DNA of 64,000 bases from positions 32,001 through 96,000 of the forward strand of contig CBDEUK010000001.1 of assembly GCA_965243205.1 (NCBI GenBank), written 5' to 3'. Below are positions 57,493-64,000 of the stretch, in pieces (the first letter of the stretch is position 1; every line of letters starts with the position of its first letter). Position numbers and translations under genes: made by a program. Source of the stretch: Gammaproteobacteria bacterium. Its GTDB lineage: Bacteria > Pseudomonadota > Gammaproteobacteria > Eutrophobiales > Eutrophobiaceae. The notes beneath the pieces are model-generated. The model had not been told where the DNA came from. It did not search any database and saw only the letters and a program-made list of their open reading frames with translations.

Positions 57493-58161
57493 TTAGTTTG
57501 ATGGGCAATAAAATATAAGTGTCTGTTCTTTTCCTTTAATCGTATTTGCAGGCATTTTTTCATTATTATTATATGATTCTATAATTTTTTTCTTATTAAG
57601 CCCTTTTGCAAGAAAAATAACAATTCGAGATCGATTTAATCTTTGTGATGATAATGTAACTCTTTCAGCTGGATATTTAGGTGAGTTCTTAACCTCGAGA
57701 ACATCTGGGGCTTTTGGGTTATTCCCTATATCATTATCTGGAAATAAACTAGCTGTATGCCCATCTTCTCCGATACCAAGAAGAGTAATATCAAAAATCG
57801 GTATATCTTTAAGTTTAGTTCTATACAGATTTGTAGCCTTATGTACTCCTAGTTCGCCTTTTATTCGATGAACATTTGGATTTTGAATGGGCAGGTAAGA
57901 AAAAAGAAAATCTTCGGCCATAATACTATTTAAGTTTTTATCTGTTAATTTCAAGCACCGTTCATCACTGAACCAAAAATGCCATGCATTCCAATCTGTA
58001 TCTATTTGACTAAAAAACGGATATATTGATTTTGGTGTATCTCCACCGGCTAGCACGATATTAAAAACTGATTGTTTTTTTAAAGTACTTGATGCAATAG
58101 TCGAAATATAATTTATCACTTTATCTGCTAACTGCTCTAAATTTGAAACTGTTATAAGCAA
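57493..58161 (-). CDS. pgl: 6-phosphogluconolactonase-like protein
   Basis: LAGGDTP, FSDERC, LLGIGEDGHTASLFP, SPKYPAERVTL. Confidence 0.88.
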   Translation of the reverse strand: MLITVSNLEQLADKVINYISTIASSTLKKQSVFNIVLAGGDTPKSIYPFFSQIDTDWNAWHFWFSDERCLKLTDKNLNSIMAEDFLFSYLPIQNPNVHRIKGELGVHKATNLYRTKLKDIPIFDITLLGIGEDGHTASLFPDNDIGNNPKAPDVLEVKNSPKYPAERVTLSSQRLNRSRIVIFLAKGLNKKKIIESYNNNEKMPANTIKGKEQTLIFYCPSN

Positions 58162-58182
58162 TGTTTTATTAGTAAATTAATT

Positions 58183-59223
58183 TTAATTTACTAATTCCCA
58201 TGTAACAGGTGTGCCGCGAGTAACATTTTGATTTAATTTCTTTCCAATAATATCTGAAAGATATTTAGGTTCTAAACCGCTACCTGGCCTTAATGATTTC
58301 ACATCTTTTTCTGTAAGCATCTGACCTTTTTTAAGATCATTAATAATGAATAATGAACGACGATATTGTTTAAAGCTGTTCTCAATTTCACTTTTATTAT
58401 AAGTAACATCACCTAATGATAAAAATGTATTTCTACAACTTCGAGTTAAAGTAAATAATTCATTAGGCTCAATTGAGAAATCTGAATCAACTCCTCCGTC
58501 TGTTCTAGCAAGTGTAAAATGTTTTTCAATAATAGACGCACCTAAGGCAACTGCAGCAATCGAAACTTCGATACCTAGAGTATGATCAGATAAACCAGCC
58601 AAGGTATTAAATCGCTCTGTTAAATCCGGAATTGTTTTTAAATTCATATCTTGGTATGGGGCTGGGTAAGCACTGGTACATTTTAACAAAGCAATATCCT
58701 TAGCCCCTGCAGAGTTAGCTACATCCATAGCTTCAGAAATTTCTTCCAAAGAGGCCATCCCTGTTGACATAATTATTGGCTTTCCAGTGCTCACGCATTT
58801 TTTTATTAATTCGTGATCAACTAGTTCAAATGAGGCTATTTTATACGCTGGAGCATTTAGAGATTCTAGGAAATCTACTGCTGTTGAATCGAAAGGACTA
58901 CTAAAAATTGTAATTCCTATTTCTCTACCTAGATTAAACAATTCTTCATGCCATTCCCAAGGCGTGGAAGCTTTTCTATATAATTCATATAGATGTTCGC
59001 CATCCCATGGATTTTCTCCTGCAACTCTAAAACGAGGGTGTTCAACATTTAAAGTCATGGTATCAGCAGTATATGTCTGTAATTTCACTGCATCCGCACC
59101 AGATTTTTTAGCTTGTTTTATAATCGAAATTGCTCTATCTATTGAACCATTATGATTACCGGACATTTCTGCAATAATATATGGAGGAAATCCCTTTCCT
59201 ATTTCTCTGCCATTAATATACAT
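58183..59223 (-). CDS. pseI: Pseudaminic acid synthase (NeuB family)
   Basis: IIAEMSGNHNG, KLQTYTADTMT, TPWEWH, YKIASFE, LKCTSAYPA, EKHFTL; C-terminal SAF domain. Confidence 0.92.
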   Translation of the reverse strand: MYINGREIGKGFPPYIIAEMSGNHNGSIDRAISIIKQAKKSGADAVKLQTYTADTMTLNVEHPRFRVAGENPWDGEHLYELYRKASTPWEWHEELFNLGREIGITIFSSPFDSTAVDFLESLNAPAYKIASFELVDHELIKKCVSTGKPIIMSTGMASLEEISEAMDVANSAGAKDIALLKCTSAYPAPYQDMNLKTIPDLTERFNTLAGLSDHTLGIEVSIAAVALGASIIEKHFTLARTDGGVDSDFSIEPNELFTLTRSCRNTFLSLGDVTYNKSEIENSFKQYRRSLFIINDLKKGQMLTEKDVKSLRPGSGLEPKYLSDIIGKKLNQNVTRGTPVTWELVN

Positions 59224-59231
59224 TGGTTTAG

Positions 59232-61172
59232 TTATACTCTATTTAGCGCCCAAGTTGTGTTTTTAGTGTTGTCATCAATTTTAATAAATCCCGCATTGGC
59301 TGCTATTTTTTCAGATATTGTATTTCCTTTTAATATTCTAGCAATCAGTGTTTTATCAATTTTATTAACTGCAGCTTTGAGCATCTCTTTTCCTATACCT
59401 CTTTCTCGAAATAATGGAGCAATAGTCCATGAGATCTCCCATTCTGAATTTGAACTCATTTTATCGAGTCTGATCATACCCACTGCGTCATTATGTTTAA
59501 TAGCTAGGTATAATAATCTTTCATTATTATCTAACTGTTTTTTAAACCATGAATGATGTTCATCCCATCTTAATATTTGTTTATTGAAAGAATTCTGCCT
59601 AGTCTCTGGATCATTCCTCCATTCAAATAAACATCTAGCATCATTTAAACATGCTTCTCTGAAATGTATGTCTGATTTACCTGAATTTTCTTTTAACCAG
59701 AGTTTAAGTTCATCAATGTTATTTATATATTCCGTATTATATATTTTCTGATTTAATTTTATCTTTCCAGTCGGATCGTAATATGCTGATGGTACTCCCA
59801 AAAGTTGGGCAATATATGCAGTCGACGTAAACGGCATTGATATAACAGCATCAGCACTTTTAATTACCCTATATAAATCGGATGTCACTTCCAGCAAATT
59901 AATTTGTTGTTGTTTTGCCAATGTCTCTATAAAATTCCAATACCTCATATCATGAGAATCAGAGTTACCTCGTTTACTTTTCAAACTAAGTAATTTATTT
60001 GCTGGTGTCGATTCAATGATATCAATTAAAAATTGTCGGCAGTTTTCAAACGTATACAGTTGAGTACCACGTAAATAAGTATATTTTCGTAACCAATCTA
60101 AATCACAAGGAATCACATCAAAAACCAGCACCCCTCCTGTTAAATTTGGTCGGTTATCATTATTGGAATTAAATAATACTGGGCCAGTTACTTCTGTTCT
60201 GCCTGAATAATTTTCTATACTATTAAGCCATTCGGCATGAAAATCATTCCAAACATAAGATATATCACAGTCGTAATATCGATATGGTGGAAAATTCACA
60301 GCCTCTATATCTTTTTCAAATTGAAATGGAACTGAATTTGTTGAATACCAATATATTCCATATATAAATGATTTGTTATTTAAAGAAACTAAAGGCATCA
60401 ACTGCGAATTGTAATTTGAATTACTGTCGAGATAATATTCAATTAATTTTTTATTATTTAAAAAATTTAATAATGGATGAATTGCTATATCTCTATAAAG
60501 CAAACTCAGTATCGGGTAACGTGAAAAAAAATATAAATAAATTACATTATTAACAATAATGGATAATGCTACTTGAAATCTCTCATGAAATCGAACTCTT
60601 CTATCTTTCAATATTTCATAAATCGGATTTCTCACATAAGAGATGGTGCCATATTCATCCTTAAGATCACTACCAATTAATATATTGTTTGATTCATTTA
60701 GAAATTTTAATGGCCCTTCATTACAAAACTCCTCAAAATGTTTGGCTTTTGATCCACCCACTTGTTTTTCAAATCCAAAACAATTCATTATTGAATATTT
60801 TCCTGTTTTAGTTTTGCTCGTAAATGGAAATAACCTAACGATTATTAATAAGGATAATACTATGAATCTTGATACATTATAGAGCCATAAATAAACAGTA
60901 GGCCTGATAATACTGGAATCCAGTTCTAATATTATGTCCCCGTATTTTTTCTTAGAATAATCCTCTTTTTTAGATTCTATAAATGGTATAAATATATCAT
61001 TTGTAATCAATTGCCCTAATCTTCTTACAATACTGGAATTGTCATACCCTAAAAAAGAATAATTATATCCTTCTAAAATTGCATCTATATCAATCTGTAA
61101 ATGACTGAAAGCACGATTTATCTGATTCTGTAAAGATTCACCTTTGAACACATTATCTTTTTGCAACATCAT
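59232..61172 (-). CDS. Polysaccharide-biosynthesis PFTS-motif protein fused to a PseH-like GNAT acetyltransferase
   Basis: WYSTNS, ISMPFTSTA, YYDPTG, then FEWRNDPETRQNSF...RERGIGKEML GNAT domain. Confidence 0.65.
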   Translation of the reverse strand: MMLQKDNVFKGESLQNQINRAFSHLQIDIDAILEGYNYSFLGYDNSSIVRRLGQLITNDIFIPFIESKKEDYSKKKYGDIILELDSSIIRPTVYLWLYNVSRFIVLSLLIIVRLFPFTSKTKTGKYSIMNCFGFEKQVGGSKAKHFEEFCNEGPLKFLNESNNILIGSDLKDEYGTISYVRNPIYEILKDRRVRFHERFQVALSIIVNNVIYLYFFSRYPILSLLYRDIAIHPLLNFLNNKKLIEYYLDSNSNYNSQLMPLVSLNNKSFIYGIYWYSTNSVPFQFEKDIEAVNFPPYRYYDCDISYVWNDFHAEWLNSIENYSGRTEVTGPVLFNSNNDNRPNLTGGVLVFDVIPCDLDWLRKYTYLRGTQLYTFENCRQFLIDIIESTPANKLLSLKSKRGNSDSHDMRYWNFIETLAKQQQINLLEVTSDLYRVIKSADAVISMPFTSTAYIAQLLGVPSAYYDPTGKIKLNQKIYNTEYINNIDELKLWLKENSGKSDIHFREACLNDARCLFEWRNDPETRQNSFNKQILRWDEHHSWFKKQLDNNERLLYLAIKHNDAVGMIRLDKMSSNSEWEISWTIAPLFRERGIGKEMLKAAVNKIDKTLIARILKGNTISEKIAANAGFIKIDDNTKNTTWALNRV

Positions 61173-61174
61173 AA

Positions 61175-61699
61175 TTACAGCTTTAACCGCATCCGAAAAA
61201 CATTCACATCATAATCTTCTGCTATGACTTTGAAGCCTGATTTGATGTAAGATTGGACAGCAGCTTGATTATCTTTTTCAACACCTAGATAGATGGTATT
61301 GATACCATACAATAAATTCAATTTTCTAGAAGTTGTAGTAATTATTTCGGAACTGACTCCTTTCCCTCTCCATTTTTTTTCTCCAATTAATATACCCATC
61401 GTTGCTGAGGAATTATCAAAATCAATAGGCTCATACTTAATATTGCCTATGTGCTCCATATTTTTTTTGGAAAAAATGCCTAGAAATAGACAATTATTAT
61501 TACTTTTTTTATCAACTATATATTTTTTTAAATTCTCTAAATCATCACTATTTGTTTTATATTGTATATATTTTTCTACTTGTTCATCACGAAACCAATC
61601 TAAATATTTTTTTGTCGCATGGGCTTCGTTGAGTTCTTTGAGCATAAAACGCTCTGACTCAATAATTAATTCATCCAGTTGCCCTTTTAAACTACACAT
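61175..61699 (-). CDS. GNAT (RimJ/RimL-like) N-acyltransferase
   Basis: HIGNIK, GILIGEKKWRGKG, NQAAVQSYIKSGF. Confidence 0.85.
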   Translation of the reverse strand: MCSLKGQLDELIIESERFMLKELNEAHATKKYLDWFRDEQVEKYIQYKTNSDDLENLKKYIVDKKSNNNCLFLGIFSKKNMEHIGNIKYEPIDFDNSSATMGILIGEKKWRGKGVSSEIITTTSRKLNLLYGINTIYLGVEKDNQAAVQSYIKSGFKVIAEDYDVNVFRMRLKL

Positions 61700-61756
61700 C
61701 TATTTCTATAAAATAACAAAACAAATACATTATATACTGCACATATATGAGGATGG

Positions 61757-62812
61757 TTATAAATTGTTATTACTGATTATGTATTCAAGCGATGGATGAA
61801 AATTATTTTTTTGTGCAGCAACAATGTTGAACGAAATATCGGACATTTTTTTGACTTGTTGAGGGTTATTGAATAATTCCAAAAAAGCATTCTTATAATC
61901 GTCCTTGGATAGTTCATCTATATATCCAAGATATCGTATTGCGCCACTCTCAGCTAAATCTTCTGTCGTTTGCCGTTGGTTTTCAGCAAAAGCTACAGTA
62001 ATTGATGGCAAACCAAGATAACAACGCTCCCAGGTTGTAGCACCACCTGCTCCAAATGCGAGGTCTGCGTCATTCATTAATTTTGAAATATTGCTGACTT
62101 GCTGATGATACACAACATTATTCATTTCAAGACACAGGTTACGTATGTTATTTTTATTAGGATTAGATTCCCCTACAACAACATCTATTTTTATGTTTAT
62201 ATTATTTAATTCAGATAATTCTGTGAGAACTATTTCTGTCTGGTTAGTGGGATCTGATGAACCAAAAAAAACTAATATATGGTTTATCTTGCCAGTTCTA
62301 TCTTTGAGTTTTTCTTTGACTAAATAAAACTCTTTTCTTAATAGCGCATAAGCAGGACCTAACAATTTGATACATTTAGGTGAAACCAATTCGTTATAAC
62401 GAGTTTTCTGATTTTCATAATAATTTTGATCGAGCAAGATATCACAGTCGTGTTTTCTATCAGCCAGGTCATCTATAGCCATAATTTTACCAACAAAATT
62501 ACGTATCTTTGATTCCCATTCAACATCAAGTAAATAATGATCCACTATCAACCAATCGATTTTTTGATGTTCACTTGCAATAACTTCCATGTCTTCAATA
62601 TCTTCTGACCAAGTAAAATTCGATACATTATTCAATGGTATCAACTCAAACCCTTCAAAACGTATCTGCTGATATGCATTACCATCAAATTCCCTAGAAA
62701 CAAAAAATACGTTATCTCCTCGTTCCCTTAAATCATTTGCCAGAGTTAAACAACGCATAACATGTCCTGAACCTATATCAATAGAGGCATCTACCCGAAA
62801 ACAAATATTCAA
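61757..62812 (-). CDS. pseG: UDP-2,4-diacetamido-2,4,6-trideoxy-beta-L-altropyranose hydrolase
   Basis: FRVDASIDIGSGHVMRCLTLA, IVDHY, IDDLADR, GAGGATTWERC, AENQ. Confidence 0.9.
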   Translation of the reverse strand: MNICFRVDASIDIGSGHVMRCLTLANDLRERGDNVFFVSREFDGNAYQQIRFEGFELIPLNNVSNFTWSEDIEDMEVIASEHQKIDWLIVDHYLLDVEWESKIRNFVGKIMAIDDLADRKHDCDILLDQNYYENQKTRYNELVSPKCIKLLGPAYALLRKEFYLVKEKLKDRTGKINHILVFFGSSDPTNQTEIVLTELSELNNINIKIDVVVGESNPNKNNIRNLCLEMNNVVYHQQVSNISKLMNDADLAFGAGGATTWERCYLGLPSITVAFAENQRQTTEDLAESGAIRYLGYIDELSKDDYKNAFLELFNNPQQVKKMSDISFNIVAAQKNNFHPSLEYIISNNNL

Positions 62813-62814
62813 AA

Positions 62815-64000
62815 TTAACGTAACTTAAATAAGGGTTGTAATGGTTCTGCTTCCAGTTTTTGAGAAAGTATACCTTTTTCTATCGTATCTCTTACTAAAG
62901 GAAATACTTCGTCGTAAACATTCAATAAAACTTCAGTATCATGCTCGGTATGTGCATAACTGATATTATGAGAGCCAATAGTAAAGATGCCGCGCTTAAA
63001 TATTTCCTGAAGAAAATAAGTTTTGATCTCCCAACTACTGTATTCTTTAATATCTGTTATGGAAAATATTGACCACGATGGATGTCCATGAATAGACATA
63101 AATGTATTGATATCATGCTTGACCAATAATTCACTAACACCGTCTTGTACTATCTTACCTATATCGTGAATTTTTTTTATAACTGGCTGAGTCATGATCT
63201 TATTTAATACGACTTTAGCAGCAGCAAGAGATAATGTCTCACCACCAAATGTACCTGAGAAAAAAATATCTTCCATTTTCTTCATGATTTCTTTCTTCCC
63301 AGTAATCACCGATAAAGGATAACCATTTCCAAGACCTTTACCTAAAGTCGTCAAATCTGGAATCACATTAAATAATTCTTGTGCACCTCCATTTGCAAAA
63401 CGACATCCTGTTATTGTTTCATCAAAGATGAAAATTGCCTCGTTTTTATGTGTTAGTTCTTTTGCATTTTCAAGAAAATGCTCCTTAGGCCATTCGAGAT
63501 TCATGGGCTCAAGTATCACCGCTGCAACATTATTTTGATATTCATTGAATAATGTTTCTAAACTTGCAAGGTCATTATATTGGAAACTATGTGTCAACTG
63601 TTTAACCGTTTTGGGAACACCTAAATCACGCGAGGTTGATCCTATGTACCAATCCTGCCAGCCATGATAGCCACAAACTAATACATGTTCTTTACCTGTG
63701 TACGCTCTGGATAAACGAATAGCTGCAGAAGTAGCATCAGTACCATTTTTTCCAAACCGTACCATTTCTGCACTAGGAATGAGGTCTATAATTAATTCTG
63801 CAACTTCAGCTTCAAGCCGATGTGGTAATGAAAAAGTTACACCATTTTCCATTTGTTGCTTAACTGCTTTATCAATATCAACATCACAATAACCGATGGT
63901 TATGCATGCTAAAGCATTTACAAAATCAATGTACTCATTACCATCAATATCCCAAATTTTACTTCCTTTTGCATGGTCCACAAAAAAAGGCGAAACGCCT
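62815..64000 (-). CDS. Class III PLP aminotransferase (glutamate-1-semialdehyde aminomutase-like), 5'-truncated by the window edge
   Basis: WDIDGNEYIDF, FGKNGTDATSAAIR, GYHGW, FDETITG, GKGLGNGYP, GTFGGE. Frame stays open to the window end. Confidence 0.9.
   Translation of the reverse strand, partial: GVSPFFVDHAKGSKIWDIDGNEYIDFVNALACITIGYCDVDIDKAVKQQMENGVTFSLPHRLEAEVAELIIDLIPSAEMVRFGKNGTDATSAAIRLSRAYTGKEHVLVCGYHGWQDWYIGSTSRDLGVPKTVKQLTHSFQYNDLASLETLFNEYQNNVAAVILEPMNLEWPKEHFLENAKELTHKNEAIFIFDETITGCRFANGGAQELFNVIPDLTTLGKGLGNGYPLSVITGKKEIMKKMEDIFFSGTFGGETLSLAAAKVVLNKIMTQPVIKKIHDIGKIVQDGVSELLVKHDINTFMSIHGHPSWSIFSITDIKEYSSWEIKTYFLQEIFKRGIFTIGSHNISYAHTEHDTEVLLNVYDEVFPLVRDTIEKGILSQKLEAEPLQPLFKLR

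Noticed and set aside
124-63892. All plus-strand ORFs in the track and short alternate-frame minus ORFs (113-298, 22331-22519, 24227-24445, 42052-42255, 56000-56194)
   Set aside because: They overlap well-supported minus-strand genes and have no recognisable motifs or RBS.
63982-64000. Terminator-like AGGCGTTTCGCCTTTTTTT on the minus strand
   Set aside because: It lies in the open aminotransferase frame (GVSPFFVDHAKG), which matches the expected protein sequence.

Overview
AT-rich bacterial chromosome, probably a gammaproteobacterium. Essentially all real genes are on the minus strand, in three blocks. (1) 1-27124 is the morphogenesis and lysis arm of a siphovirus-type prophage: TerS, TerL, portal, a MuF/gp7 head protein with a metallopeptidase extension, a Com-like zinc finger, a protease-scaffold-capsid fusion, an SGNH esterase, a GH56-like hydrolase, a lysis cassette, head-tail and tail genes, a frameshifted tail chaperone, tape measure, tail tip and a tail fibre cut by the window edge. 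It ends at a tRNA-Asn-like 3' fragment (candidate att site) 66 bp upstream of terS. (2) 27125-34630 is an Rhs toxin island bracketed by two copies of one terminator. The SpvB/FG-GAP/RHS shell is split into two genes, each with its own RBS and signal peptide, followed by a lipoprotein immunity candidate. (3) 34691-64000 is galU plus a large surface-polysaccharide cluster (pseudaminic-acid-like genes, a second CMP-ulosonate-like pathway, an L-QuiNAc/L-FucNAc pathway, manC, wbpKLM-like genes). The best candidates for an undescribed system are a 65-bp structured leader/terminator duplicated directly in front of the capsid and tape-measure genes, with a Com-like RNA-binding zinc finger nearby, and the doubly signal-peptide-bearing split Rhs. 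All family calls come from motif recognition by eye; no database search was run.
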